Source of the DNA: Phycisphaerales bacterium
GTDB taxonomy: Bacteria > Planctomycetota > Phycisphaerae > WQYP01
Assembly: GCA_027451365.1 (NCBI GenBank)
Contig: DAIDJN010000041.1
Location: forward strand, 109,367 to 173,366
Length of the DNA stretch: 64,000 bases
Reading direction: 5' to 3'
The notes under the pieces are model-generated. The model had not been told where the DNA came from and made no database searches. It saw nothing but the letters and a program-made list of their open reading frames with translations. A program made the translations under genes and the position numbers. Below, piece by piece: positions 46,098 through 56,748 of this stretch; the first letter of the stretch is position 1; every line of letters starts with the position of its first letter.

Positions 46098-48791
46098 TCA
46101 GTTGGCCGCGGCGGCCGCTTCGCCAGCGACACGGATACTGCCCCGCAGGTGAATCTGATCCGACGAACTGCCGAGCATAATATCCACAGTGGCCGGCCGC
46201 AGAACAAAATCGTGATCAGCTACATCCCAGTACCGAAGTGCCTCATCGCTGTGCGCAAGTGCCATGCTGACGGTCCGGGTCTGACCGGGCTTCAGATGAA
46301 CGCGGTCAAAATTCACCAGTTGCAGCCTCGGCCGCTGAACTTTGCCGTCTCGGACATGAATATAAAGCTGGGCGACCGCATCGCCGGCGACCATACCGGT
46401 GTTGGTGATATCGCAGGCAATCTGCACGGTGCCGCCGGGCTTCAGCGTGTTGGCGCTGATGTTTAAGTTTGTGAAATCAAATGTGGTGTAGCTCAAGCCA
46501 TGGCCAAAGGCGTAAAGGGGTCGGCCCTTAAAATACATGTATGTTCGTCCATGTCTAATATTGAAATCGTGGAATCGCGGCAACTGCTTGACGGATTTGA
46601 ACCAGGTGGTGGAAAGTTTCCCGCCGGGGTTATACGCCCCGAAAATCACATCCGCCAACGCATGGCCCTGCTGTTCTCCCAGAAAAAGGCCGCCCACAAT
46701 CGCCGGCAGATTTTCCTGTTCCCAGTTCACCGCCACAGGCGCGTTGGACGAAATAACCAGAACAGTCTTTGGATTGGCCGCGAAAACCGCCCGTGCCAGG
46801 GCATGTTGCGCGCCCGGCAGGCCGATATCCGTGCGGTCGTGGGCTTCCGCGCCCACCTGCTGGTCGGCACCCACAAACAGCAGAACCGCATCCGCATCCT
46901 TCGCGGCTTTCACCTCGGCGGCAAATTCATCCGCATTTTCCGGCCCCGTTACAGTGCAGCCTCTGGCGTATATCACATCCACACCCGGATGCGCCGGCTG
47001 CGGTACGGGCGATGCCGGCGTCAGGCTGAAAGACTGCACATTAAACAGATTCGGGTGGTTGCCCGCAAACCGCAGATACACATTATGTTCCCCCTGTATC
47101 GGAGAAATTGGCGCGGATACATTCACCCATTTCTGCCAGTGGCCGGTGCCTTTGATGGACAGTTTGCAGACCAGCGGTCCGGTCAGGCTGTCGAGTCGCA
47201 CTTCCATCGTGCCGCCACTTGTCGCGCTGGCCACCCGTGCGGTGAAGGTGTCGGCACCGGTGAACAGCACGTTGCCATAACTGACCCACGAACCGTTGTT
47301 GATATAGCCAATATCCTGGCCGCCTTCAACACATGGTTCGGTTTGCGGGGTCCCGGAAATCTGTAAGAAATCCGCGGCCCGCTTGCTGTAGGATGGTCCG
47401 GAGGCGATGCCGAAATGCTCGTAAATTCCGCGCAGTGGTGAAACTCTGAAACTCGGTTGGCCACTGTAATTTCCCAGATGACAGGTATCCGCCATCGGTC
47501 CGATGACTGCGAGTTTTCTGATCTGAGATTTCTTCAGAGGCAACATTCCGTTGTCGTTTTTAAACAGCACAATCGACTGTCGCGCTATGTCACGGGCCAG
47601 TTCCCTGTGGGCCGGACTTTCCAGGCAGGAAATCGGGATGTTGCTGTACGGAATCTGATCCTGCGGGTCAAAGTTCCCCAGCAGAATGCGGCCGGTGATA
47701 CTGCGGACCAGCGAATGGTCCAGTGTTTCCTCGCCAATCAGTTCCTTGTTCACCGCCTCCATCAGGTGTCCCGGCATGGTCCCGCCGCAGTTAATGTCGC
47801 AACCCGCGTTCACGGCCATGGCGGCCGCCTCCGCATCGGTGGCCACAAAATGGTGTGTCCGGTGAATATCCCCCACAGCATCGCAATCCGACACCACATA
47901 GCCGCGGAATCCCCAGCGTCCGCGCAGCAGGTCGGTCAGTAGAAACGGGTTGCCTGTGGTGGGAACGCCGTTCATCGAGTTATAGGAACTCATGAACGTG
48001 AAAACTTTACCCCGCGTGACGCAGGCATGAAAGCCGCGGGAGTAATATTCCCAGAAACTGCGTGGGTCCACGCTTTCAGATACTTCCTCGCGGTCTGAAT
48101 CCGTATCATTCAGAATAAAATGCTTGGCACAGGCGATCGTCTTAAGATATTTATCGTTATCTCCCTGCATGCCATGGATTGTTTGCACCGCCATTTCAGC
48201 CACCAGGCACGGGTCTTCACTGTAATTTTCGCCAATGCGGCCCCAGCGGGGGTCGCGCGTGCCCATATTGACAGTGGGTGGCGAAAACATCGCCAGACCC
48301 TGGCCGTTCTTCTTGTGCCACGCCCACACTTCATCGCTGACCGCCGTGAAGACCCGCTTGACCAGCGCCCGGTTAAAGGAACAGCCCATCGCCAGCGGCA
48401 GGGGAAAACTGGTAATCGGGCCGCCATGAATCAGGCCGTGCAGCGCTTCACTGGCGTAATAATTAAACGCCGGCATGCCCAGTCGTGGTATCGCCGGTAC
48501 TCCATTGCCGAATTGGCTGATCTTTTCCGCCAGTGTCATGCGGGATACCAGCGAAGCAGCTTTGCGGCGGGCGCTTTGGAAATTGGCCAAGGATATTCCG
48601 CCCGTGTCCAGCGCGGTGGATGACGCTTCGCCCGGAAAGTCAACGCCATCCGCGGTGCGGGTCCCCGCCGTCAGGTCGCCGGGGGTCTGGCAGCCCGCCA
48701 CCGCTGCGGCTGATCCGGCCGCTGCGGCCAGAGCCAGAAAATCACGCCGATTAAGATTTAAACCACGTTCGGATTTTGAAACTTTGGGCAT
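46098..48791 (-). CDS. Tat-exported GH3 beta-xylosidase/glucosidase with inserted CBM6 and Fn3-like C-domain
   Basis: NRRDFL Tat motif; RDPRWGR..E.YSEDP, ACAKHF, GYVVSDCDAV nucleophile; CBM6-like IGYINNGSW.SY..V.F..ARVAS...TGHWQKW; PLYAFGHGLSYTTF. Confidence 0.92.
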   Translation of the reverse strand: MPKVSKSERGLNLNRRDFLALAAAAGSAAAVAGCQTPGDLTAGTRTADGVDFPGEASSTALDTGGISLANFQSARRKAASLVSRMTLAEKISQFGNGVPAIPRLGMPAFNYYASEALHGLIHGGPITSFPLPLAMGCSFNRALVKRVFTAVSDEVWAWHKKNGQGLAMFSPPTVNMGTRDPRWGRIGENYSEDPCLVAEMAVQTIHGMQGDNDKYLKTIACAKHFILNDTDSDREEVSESVDPRSFWEYYSRGFHACVTRGKVFTFMSSYNSMNGVPTTGNPFLLTDLLRGRWGFRGYVVSDCDAVGDIHRTHHFVATDAEAAAMAVNAGCDINCGGTMPGHLMEAVNKELIGEETLDHSLVRSITGRILLGNFDPQDQIPYSNIPISCLESPAHRELARDIARQSIVLFKNDNGMLPLKKSQIRKLAVIGPMADTCHLGNYSGQPSFRVSPLRGIYEHFGIASGPSYSKRAADFLQISGTPQTEPCVEGGQDIGYINNGSWVSYGNVLFTGADTFTARVASATSGGTMEVRLDSLTGPLVCKLSIKGTGHWQKWVNVSAPISPIQGEHNVYLRFAGNHPNLFNVQSFSLTPASPVPQPAHPGVDVIYARGCTVTGPENADEFAAEVKAAKDADAVLLFVGADQQVGAEAHDRTDIGLPGAQHALARAVFAANPKTVLVISSNAPVAVNWEQENLPAIVGGLFLGEQQGHALADVIFGAYNPGGKLSTTWFKSVKQLPRFHDFNIRHGRTYMYFKGRPLYAFGHGLSYTTFDFTNLNISANTLKPGGTVQIACDITNTGMVAGDAVAQLYIHVRDGKVQRPRLQLVNFDRVHLKPGQTRTVSMALAHSDEALRYWDVADHDFVLRPATVDIMLGSSSDQIHLRGSIRVAGEAAAAAN

Positions 48792-49070
48792 GAGAAATCG
48801 TCTCCTGAAATAGGCCTTTTTCTGGAACTGTCATGACATAGCCTGTCGGCCAGCCTGCGCGAATCTTAATTGTAACGAGGCGGACTTTCAAATATTGCCC
48901 GTCGCGGCCGGCAACTGCCGTCTAGCCGCTTTTAACGGTAAGGAAAAATATTGCTTCATATAATCGGGTGTGCCGGCTTAAAACGGGTCTCGTGGAGCGG
49001 CTTCGGTTGCGGTATGATTCCCGCTGCGGATAGTCCGCCGATGGCAGAAAAATTAAACGCGAGGATTCCC

Positions 49071-49550
49071 ATGGCCGCAATCGTTGAAACAACCCGTGAT
49101 CTGGCAATAGAACTCGCGTGGCTTCCGCATGGCCGCGGGTTGGACGTTCCCGCTTATCAGACACTGCTTTCCGCCGGTATGGACCTGCAGGCCGCGATCG
49201 GCGAACCGGTCGTGCTGGAGCCATTGGATCGCAAGGCGATACCCTGCGGCTTTGTTATGGCATTGCCCGCCGGCTACGAGGCACAGGTACGCGCGCGTTC
49301 CGGGTTGGCGTTGAAGCATGGCATAGGCATGCCCAACAGTCCCGGCACGATAGATGCCGACTACCGGGGTGAATTAATGGTGATTCTGATTAACTTCAGC
49401 CGCCAGCCCTTTACTATCGCGCGCGGCATGCGTATTGCCCAGATGGTGATCGCCCCGGTGACACGGGCCTCCTGGACCGTGGTGGAGGACCCGGCTGATC
49501 TTTCAACAACCCGGCGCGGCACCGGCGGGTTCGGCAGCACGGGGCAATAA
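49071..49550 (+). CDS. dut: dUTP diphosphatase
   Basis: SAGMDL, QVRARSGLALKHGI, NSPGTIDADYRGE, RIAQMVIAPV, RGTGGFGSTG. Confidence 0.97.
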   Translation: MAAIVETTRDLAIELAWLPHGRGLDVPAYQTLLSAGMDLQAAIGEPVVLEPLDRKAIPCGFVMALPAGYEAQVRARSGLALKHGIGMPNSPGTIDADYRGELMVILINFSRQPFTIARGMRIAQMVIAPVTRASWTVVEDPADLSTTRRGTGGFGSTGQ

Positions 49551-49621
49551 ATGGCGCGCTTGGCGGGATGCGCCATGTGGCCTGCAGTTTTCAATTTCAG
49601 CCGCCGCGGTACAATTCTTTC

Positions 49622-51667
49622 ATGCAATACCTGAAAAAAATCCGATGGCTGAAATTCCTGGCTCTTTCGGCGGTCGCCGCGGGGATCGCTTCGGCCCCGG
49701 CGGTCCTGCTGGCTCGCGCCGGCGGAGGCGAAGGTTTTGGTGGCGGCGGATTCGGCGGCGGCGGTGGGGGTGGCGGCAGTGGCAATGGCGGCTCCGCGTT
49801 TGTGCAGTTGATTATCTGGCTGCTGATTGTGCACCCGGCCATAGGCATTCCGGTTCTGATTGCCGCCTGCGTCATTTATTATTTCACACATACCACGGTC
49901 GCTGGCGCGGTGCGCAATTCAAGGCAAACCCGCGGGCTTGCTGCGCAGGATCAAAACGCCGAATCTGTTGGAGTGTTGGCGCTTCAACAAACCGATCCGG
50001 ATTTTAAGCCAGAGCAGTTTTATCAGCGGGTCAGCGGCGCATTTATGAAAATTCAGGAAGCCTGGTGCGCCCAGAATGTTGCGGCAGTGCGCCCCTTTAT
50101 TTCCGATGGTGTGCACGAACGCTTTCGTCTGCAGTTTCTGGAACAGCAGGCCGAAGGAACGCGCGACCGCATGTCCGGCATCGCGATAGAACAAATTCAA
50201 CTGGTGCAGGTTTCTTCGGATAATCTGTTTGATACCGCGGTGGTTCGGATTGACGCGGCCGCGGTAGATCAAACCATTTCAAGTGTGGATGGTCGCGTGA
50301 TTTCCGGTTCCGGCGAAAGCAGTGAATTCGCGGAATACTGGTCGTTTCTGCGGGCACGCGGAGCTAAAACACTCGACAAAAATGGCCTGCTTGAGGGCAA
50401 TTGCCCGAATTGCGGCGCACCGGTCGAACTCAATGCCGGTGCCGAGTGCCAAAGCTGTCATGCCCAGCTCCGCAGCGGCCAATATGACTGGGTGCTGGTG
50501 GAAATTACCCAGGAATCTGAATGGCGCGCGGAATTTGATCGCGCCCTGCCAGGCGTGCCGGAGATTCAGCGCCAGGACCCGAACTTTACTTTGGCGGACC
50601 TTGAGGACCGCGTTTCCGTGATCTTCTGGCGGAAAGTGCGGGCGGACAGAATTGGGAAAATTGACCCATTGCGGAAAGTCGCAATTAATCATTTCTGCGA
50701 TGGCTACAGCAAATTGCTGAATGCCCCCGCAGGCGAGCGCGCCTTCTGGGGTAATTGCGCAATCGGATCGGTTCAAACGCTCGGTATCATTGCCGCCTCC
50801 GAGGCCGCACCACCCGCACCCTCCACCGATCTGCCGCCACCCGCCGGCCCGGCCGCGCTTATGGATCAGGCCCTGGTGGAAATTCACTGGTCCGGCAAAC
50901 GCTGGCAGATTTTGCACAACAACCCCCCGCGCGCTACCCAAGATGCCATTGTCGCGCACAACCTGATGGTGCTGGGCCGTAAAGCCGGATTAAAAACCGA
51001 TGCCAAATCAGCCATTTCTTCCGCCCATTGCCCTAATTGTGGCGCGCCAGTGACCGATGATATTTCCGACGCCTGTTCGTATTGCCATGCCGTTCTGAAC
51101 GATGGATCGCGGGGTTGGGTGCTGGTGAACATGCTGCCGATGTCCGGTGACGCGGCACGCGAATTAACCCTTCGTCTGGCGACCAGCAATCAGATATTGC
51201 CAGACATCATTCAGGCCCAGCAGGCCGCTGTGCAACCCGGATTGCAGCAAATTGCGCCGCCTCCCCCCAGCGGTCTGCTGGCATGGATGATTGGCTCTGT
51301 GCTGGCCGATGGCCCGATAGACGCCGATGAACAGGCTATGCTTCAGGCGGTCGCGTCCCGCCAGAATGTGTCAGCGGAGCAACTCAACGTCATGCTTCAC
51401 GCCGCGCGGGGAAATGCGCTGGATACGCACGAACCTGTATCCGTCGCGCAGGCCCAGGAATGGCTTGGAACCATGATTTCCGCCGCGCTGGGTTCAGGAC
51501 GCCTGACGCCGCACGAAATTGAATTCTTCGGCCGGGTCGGGCAGAAATATGGCATGGGAGATTACGATGTGAAAATGCTGATCAAACGGGAACAGCAGTT
51601 GTTGTATTCCAACGCCGTGGATGCCTTGCGCCAGCGGCGAACCGCAGCCGCCAGCGGACAGTTGTAA
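49622..51667 (+). CDS. Tim44-like domain protein with two zinc-ribbon pairs and TerB-like C-terminus
   Basis: ARAGGGEGFGGGG.. N-terminus plus TM; DPDF..EQFYQRV..AF.KIQEAW, FAEYWSFLR; two CPNCGAP..CxxC units; DGPIDADEQAML TerB-like. Confidence 0.7.
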   Translation: MQYLKKIRWLKFLALSAVAAGIASAPAVLLARAGGGEGFGGGGFGGGGGGGGSGNGGSAFVQLIIWLLIVHPAIGIPVLIAACVIYYFTHTTVAGAVRNSRQTRGLAAQDQNAESVGVLALQQTDPDFKPEQFYQRVSGAFMKIQEAWCAQNVAAVRPFISDGVHERFRLQFLEQQAEGTRDRMSGIAIEQIQLVQVSSDNLFDTAVVRIDAAAVDQTISSVDGRVISGSGESSEFAEYWSFLRARGAKTLDKNGLLEGNCPNCGAPVELNAGAECQSCHAQLRSGQYDWVLVEITQESEWRAEFDRALPGVPEIQRQDPNFTLADLEDRVSVIFWRKVRADRIGKIDPLRKVAINHFCDGYSKLLNAPAGERAFWGNCAIGSVQTLGIIAASEAAPPAPSTDLPPPAGPAALMDQALVEIHWSGKRWQILHNNPPRATQDAIVAHNLMVLGRKAGLKTDAKSAISSAHCPNCGAPVTDDISDACSYCHAVLNDGSRGWVLVNMLPMSGDAARELTLRLATSNQILPDIIQAQQAAVQPGLQQIAPPPPSGLLAWMIGSVLADGPIDADEQAMLQAVASRQNVSAEQLNVMLHAARGNALDTHEPVSVAQAQEWLGTMISAALGSGRLTPHEIEFFGRVGQKYGMGDYDVKMLIKREQQLLYSNAVDALRQRRTAAASGQL

Positions 51668-51713
51668 ATCAAATTCCAATTGTCTGCGGATGCCGCCGAA
51701 TTGCGGCGATCGG

Positions 51714-52787
51714 TCAAGCCAGCCAGTCGACTATTTCTGATGCGTAATAGGTGATAATGAAACTGGCACCTGCTCGTCTGATGGCGTGCATGGTTTCCAG
51801 GACACATTGTTTTTCATCAATCCAGCCAGCGGACGCCGCCGCTTTGAACATCGCATATTCACCGCTGACCTGATACGCCGCACAAGGCACATCCACCACA
51901 TTTGCAACGGCGTGAAGAATGTCCAGATACGGCATTGCCGGCTTGACCATAATAATGTCCGCACCCTCGCTTACATCCAGTCGGGCCTCGCGCACCGCCT
52001 CGCGGGCGCTGCGGCGGAAATCCATCTGATACCCACGGCGGTCGCCAAACTGCGGCGGAGATTCCGCCGCCTCGCGAAACGGGCCGTAAAAGCTGCTGGC
52101 ATATTTAACCGCGTAACTTAGCAGCGACTTATCCATAAATCCCGCGCCATCCAGCGCGGCGCGTACGGTGCCGATGCAGTGGTCCATCATGCCTGACGGC
52201 GCGATGATATCCGCTCCCGCCTGGGCATGCAGGATCGCCTGCTGCGCCAGGTTCTCATTGGTGGCATCATTTGCCACGGTGGGATTCCGTGTACTGGCGC
52301 GGGCCGTGGCGGTCTTTCGCCGCCGGCTCTGGGCGCTGCGCTTGGGTTCCGGATGGTTTTCCAGCGCATGGCTCAGAATGCCGCAATGCCCGTGGTTTGT
52401 GTATTCACAAAAGCAAAGGTCCGTAATCGCCAGCATTTGAATACCCGCGTCACGCGCCAGACGCAGGGTGGTGCAAACGGCATTGTTCGGGTCGCACGCA
52501 TGACTGCCATCAGCGTCTTTGTCGGTCGGATCCACAACGCCGAAAAGGATGTAGGCCTTCAGCCCGCGCGAGGCCATTTCGCCCAGTTCATCCAGCGCCA
52601 GGTCCGGAGACAATTGAAACTGGCCCGGCATGGAAAGAATCGGACGCCGAATATTTTCGCCACGGCGCACAAAAAGCGGTGCGACAAAATTGGCCGGGGA
52701 CAGCGTGGTTTCCGCCACCATGTCGCGCAATAAATCAGAATGGCGCAATCGGCGCATACGAATTGGATGGTAAATTGTTGGTTTCAT
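51714..52787 (-). CDS. hemB: Delta-aminolevulinic acid dehydratase (porphobilinogen synthase)
   Basis: RMRRLR, DLCFCEYTNHGHCG, APSGMMD, KYASSFYGPFREAA, MVKPA, AYQVSGEYAM. Confidence 0.97.
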   Translation of the reverse strand: MKPTIYHPIRMRRLRHSDLLRDMVAETTLSPANFVAPLFVRRGENIRRPILSMPGQFQLSPDLALDELGEMASRGLKAYILFGVVDPTDKDADGSHACDPNNAVCTTLRLARDAGIQMLAITDLCFCEYTNHGHCGILSHALENHPEPKRSAQSRRRKTATARASTRNPTVANDATNENLAQQAILHAQAGADIIAPSGMMDHCIGTVRAALDGAGFMDKSLLSYAVKYASSFYGPFREAAESPPQFGDRRGYQMDFRRSAREAVREARLDVSEGADIIMVKPAMPYLDILHAVANVVDVPCAAYQVSGEYAMFKAAASAGWIDEKQCVLETMHAIRRAGASFIITYYASEIVDWLA

Positions 52788-53006
52788 GCCCACTATCATA
52801 CGTCCGGAGCCTGTGCTTTCCAATATCTCGGCAGGGACCCTCCATTGCCGTACTTTCCCTTTGTTGTCCGGCCTCCGGAGCGGACACTGGTCATATCAGG
52901 ACTTTAAGAATTTCGTCGACCATTGCGTTAGGCCCATTTATCCATGCAAGCCTGGATAAAATGCGACTGCCGCCGGTATTCAATCAACGCCCAGGCCCAT
53001 GTCGGC

Positions 53007-53696
53007 TCACACCGGTTCTTTAAGCGTCTCCGCTTTGGGCAGATCTTTTAAGCTGGCAAGGCCGAAGACTTCAAGAAAATGCTTCGTGGTGCCATACAAC
53101 ATCGGGCGCCCGACTTCTTCGGCGCGACCCACAATTTTTACCAGATTGTATTCCATAAGCGTCCGCAGAACTTCGCCGCATGCCACGCCGCGGATCGTTT
53201 CCACATCCACCCGCAGAATCGGTTGCTTGTACGCGACAATCGCCAGCGCTTCAAGGGCCGCCGGGGTCAGTTTGCCTTCGTCCCGTTTACGCATGAGCCG
53301 CTGCACATATTCAGCGTATTGCGGCAGTGTCAGAATCTGGTAGCCCCCGGCGCGTTCTTCAATCCGATAAGCCGCCTCCCGCTGCTGGTAAATGGCGTTC
53401 AACTCTTCTATCGCCTGTTTGACCGGTTTGGTGGAATCCAACCCGACGGTCTGCGCAAGTTTGCCGCCGGAAAGGGGTACATCACTGGAAAATAAAATAG
53501 CTTCCAGAACCTGCTGCAGCGGCATCTGATCGCCGGGCAATATTTCTTCCGAAACAGCCACAATCGAAACCTCATTGGTCGCGGACGGCGCATCTGTCGG
53601 TGCGGCTGCCAGAGTTTCCGGCGCAACATTGGCGCTTCCGCCGACCAGTTCTCCGGAGGCCTCTGTTGTGACATTGCTTTGCGATTCATTTTCCAT
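53007..53696 (-). CDS. scpB: SMC-Scp complex subunit ScpB
   Basis: LEAILFSS, AGGYQI.T, LTPAALEALAIVAYKQP, IRGV, GRPMLYGTT..FL..FGL.SL.DLP. Confidence 0.95.
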   Translation of the reverse strand: MENESQSNVTTEASGELVGGSANVAPETLAAAPTDAPSATNEVSIVAVSEEILPGDQMPLQQVLEAILFSSDVPLSGGKLAQTVGLDSTKPVKQAIEELNAIYQQREAAYRIEERAGGYQILTLPQYAEYVQRLMRKRDEGKLTPAALEALAIVAYKQPILRVDVETIRGVACGEVLRTLMEYNLVKIVGRAEEVGRPMLYGTTKHFLEVFGLASLKDLPKAETLKEPV

Positions 53697-54623
53697 GGCA
53701 AGAATCTATCCCACAACGCGGCCGGAGTCCAGCCTGATGATGTGCCACCCTGCGCAACCCGGTCTTGGCCATGCAAACAGGTTTAACAGGACAAACCGCG
53801 GATTTGGCCGAATTGGCAGGTGAGGGGGGACATCAGGTGATCGGCGACGGATCCCCCGGTTAAATTTTCGCAAATGAGTTCGGCGATGACCTTGTTTTGG
53901 GCAAATAATCCGCCAGTTGGCTCTGGCATTCCAAGGTAACAGGACAAAACCGCGGATTTCGCCGATGATCCGGATTCACGGGCAACAAGAGCGGGAGTCT
54001 ATAAAATGCCTGTACGCACGGGATTACGACCGGACGACGGTTCGCCGCGATAAGGCGTTGATTTACGGCCAGGATATGGCCGCCCGGCATGGTAATCGTT
54101 CCAGCCGGTGGAAATCAGGACGGTGGCGGTGGTATCAACGCTGGGGAAACTCCCGATGGACAGGTCGCGTTAGGCGGCCCGCGAACTGACGGGCCGCAAT
54201 ATATAGCGCGGGGCGCAAAGGAGATTGGTCAGAAATGAGTCTAACAACTTCATATTTTCGGGCGTAGATAGGCAAGCAACCATTTTTACATTCTGCAGCG
54301 CCAATCCGTTTGGCCATCAGCCAGATGGCCAAACGGCGGAAAGTACAGCGGGAACCGGAGGAAATAGCAGCCGAACTCAACTGCCCGCTGCGTGGATGGA
54401 TACCCAACTTTCAAGAGGTTACACCGGTTTTAGGCCGGTTGAAGATGTCATCGGTCCGTTGACTGGCGCGGAAATCAAAACCTCGGATAAAGAATCCCGG
54501 ATCGCATAACATTGGCGGCATGCGACATGACCGCTGTCATGATGGCGATGACCTGCGATTGCTCGCAGTGACCATTCGTTGTCCAATTTACCAATTCGGC
54601 CGCAGCCCGTGCTTGCTACGGTT

Positions 54624-55817
54624 TTACCGGCCACCGAGCAATTGATAGGCGGAATTTGCCGCTACCAACGCGTCGGCTAAAGTACGCCCGGTGTGAATGA
54701 TGTGGCCCATTTTTCGGCCAGCGCGCGGTGATTTTCCGTACAAATGCAATGTGGACCTGCCATCCGCCAGAATGGCTGGAAAGTCCGGTTCGCCGTTGGC
54801 CCATAAATCTCCCAGCAAATTCGTCATGACGCCGGGGCAAAGTATTTCAATTTCCGGAAGCGGCAGCCCACAAATTGCCGCCACGTGCATTTCAAACTGG
54901 CTGCGGCTGGCTGCCCGTAACGTTACATGTCCCGAATTGTGTGGCCGAGCCGCAAGCTCATTGACCAACACCCGACCGTCGGGCAAAACAAATTCTTCGA
55001 CCGCCAGCAATCCCACCACATTCAATTGCCGTGCTACCGCCTCGGCCAGTTCAATGGCGCGGCGGGTTATCGAATCTGAAAATCCGCCGGGCATGAGCGT
55101 CTGATGCAGAATTCCACGGCGGTGTTCATTGCAAAAAACGGGGAAATGCGCCAGACGGTCGTCGGCGCTGCGGGCCACAATGACTGAGGCCTCGGCGGAA
55201 AATGTTATTCCAGCCTCCAACACAAGTGGCACACCACCTAGAGCGGTAAAAGCAGCGGAAGCCTGCCGGAAGTCTTGAAGCCATCGTTGCCCTTTTCCGT
55301 CATAACCTCCCTGCGCGGTTTTGCAGACGACTTTTGTGGCACCAGCGGCAAAAAGTTCATCCGCACCGCGGGTTGCCTGATCGGCACTTTCCGCGATGCG
55401 AAAGTCGCCCACCGCACGCTGGCCATCGGGTAATTTGAGATTGGCCAAGAAGCTTTTTTCAAGTCTCCGATCGCGCACCACACGCTGTATTTGCGATCCG
55501 GGCGCTACCCTCGCACCGGCCCGTTCCGCGGCACCCAGCGCATCGGGATTTATACTTTCGGCTTCCACCGTGATCACTTCCACCTGCCGGGCCAGCCGTG
55601 CCGCCGTCGCCGGGTCGGAGGGGTCGGCCACAAGATGATGGTCCGCCCAGCGCGCGATCGGGTCGCTTTCATGATTCGATACTCCCAGCGTGCGGTATCC
55701 CATCTGTTTGGCGGCTGCACAAAGCATAGACCCCAGTTGTCCGCCGCCCAGAATAGCAATTGTGGCACCGGGTTTTAATGGTAAATTGGAAGAATTGTCC
55801 ATGTGTGAAGTTTCCAT
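54624..55817 (-). CDS. purK: N5-carboxyaminoimidazole ribonucleotide synthase
   Basis: ILGGGQLG.M, GGYDGKGQ, NEHRRGIL, NELAARPHNSGH, SQFEMH, HLYGK.PRAGRKMGH. Confidence 0.95.
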   Translation of the reverse strand: METSHMDNSSNLPLKPGATIAILGGGQLGSMLCAAAKQMGYRTLGVSNHESDPIARWADHHLVADPSDPATAARLARQVEVITVEAESINPDALGAAERAGARVAPGSQIQRVVRDRRLEKSFLANLKLPDGQRAVGDFRIAESADQATRGADELFAAGATKVVCKTAQGGYDGKGQRWLQDFRQASAAFTALGGVPLVLEAGITFSAEASVIVARSADDRLAHFPVFCNEHRRGILHQTLMPGGFSDSITRRAIELAEAVARQLNVVGLLAVEEFVLPDGRVLVNELAARPHNSGHVTLRAASRSQFEMHVAAICGLPLPEIEILCPGVMTNLLGDLWANGEPDFPAILADGRSTLHLYGKSPRAGRKMGHIIHTGRTLADALVAANSAYQLLGGR

Positions 55818-55838
55818 TGATGACCGGTCCGAAACGGC

Positions 55839-56342
55839 TCAGAGAGCGACGGTATCCTGTTCTGTTTTAGTCGTATTGTGCTGCCGCCAGGCTTGGTAGC
55901 GTTCATGTAATTCCGGGTCGGTTGTGGCCAGAATGGCCGCCGCCAGGAGGCCCGCATTGGTTGCACCGGCTTTGCCGATGGCCATGGTGCCCACGGGCAC
56001 GCCGCCGGGCATTTGCGCAATAGAGAGAAGTGAATCTATACCGCGCAATGCCTTGCTTTGCACAGGTACGCCAAGTACGGGAACGGTTGTTACCGCGGCC
56101 ACCATTCCCGGAAGGTGTGCCGCGCCGCCCGCTCCGGCGATAATCACGCGAATGCCCCGTTCGCGAGCTTCTTGTCCATAGCGCAACATTTTTAGCGGTG
56201 TGCGATGCGCGGACACAACCTTAATTTCATGCGGTATACCAAGTTCCACAAGAATTTCCGCCGCGTGGCGCATCGTGGAAAAGTCGCTTTTACTTCCCAT
56301 GATCACGCCCACCAGAGGCTCGCCGGGTGGTTTGGTTGCCAT
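55839..56342 (-). CDS. purE: N5-CAIR mutase
   Basis: [49 protein letters not shown]. Confidence 0.97.
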   Translation of the reverse strand: MATKPPGEPLVGVIMGSKSDFSTMRHAAEILVELGIPHEIKVVSAHRTPLKMLRYGQEARERGIRVIIAGAGGAAHLPGMVAAVTTVPVLGVPVQSKALRGIDSLLSIAQMPGGVPVGTMAIGKAGATNAGLLAAAILATTDPELHERYQAWRQHNTTKTEQDTVAL

Positions 56343-56748
56343 AAAATACTCCTGCGTTCAGCGTCGGGACGGAACTTTTCCTCCCTTTCGCAATTTTGCG
56401 GCTTTTTCCTGTCCAGAGCAAGCTCGCATCACAATACTGGAAACCGGCTTGCCGCGAAATGTATTTAGCGATCTGTTACGCTTAAATTTTGGGGTGGGTC
56501 GCCCTTAATTCAGTCAACGCCTGCCGCTTAACCTGGCTGCGTACACCGACCTGATGGCGTGACAGAGTGGTGGCTTCCAAAAGCCCACCGCCCGACGGAG
56601 TGGCGGAACATCGCTCCTGTACAGCCCGCTCCGGTTATTTATTCTTTGTCTGTATGTGCCGTGTCATCTGTTGTTTTATGGCCGGTGGCCCCGGCGGCCC
56701 GTCGCTGGTATACTCCCTTCGAGTTTTTGATCGAGCCAGGAAAGCACC

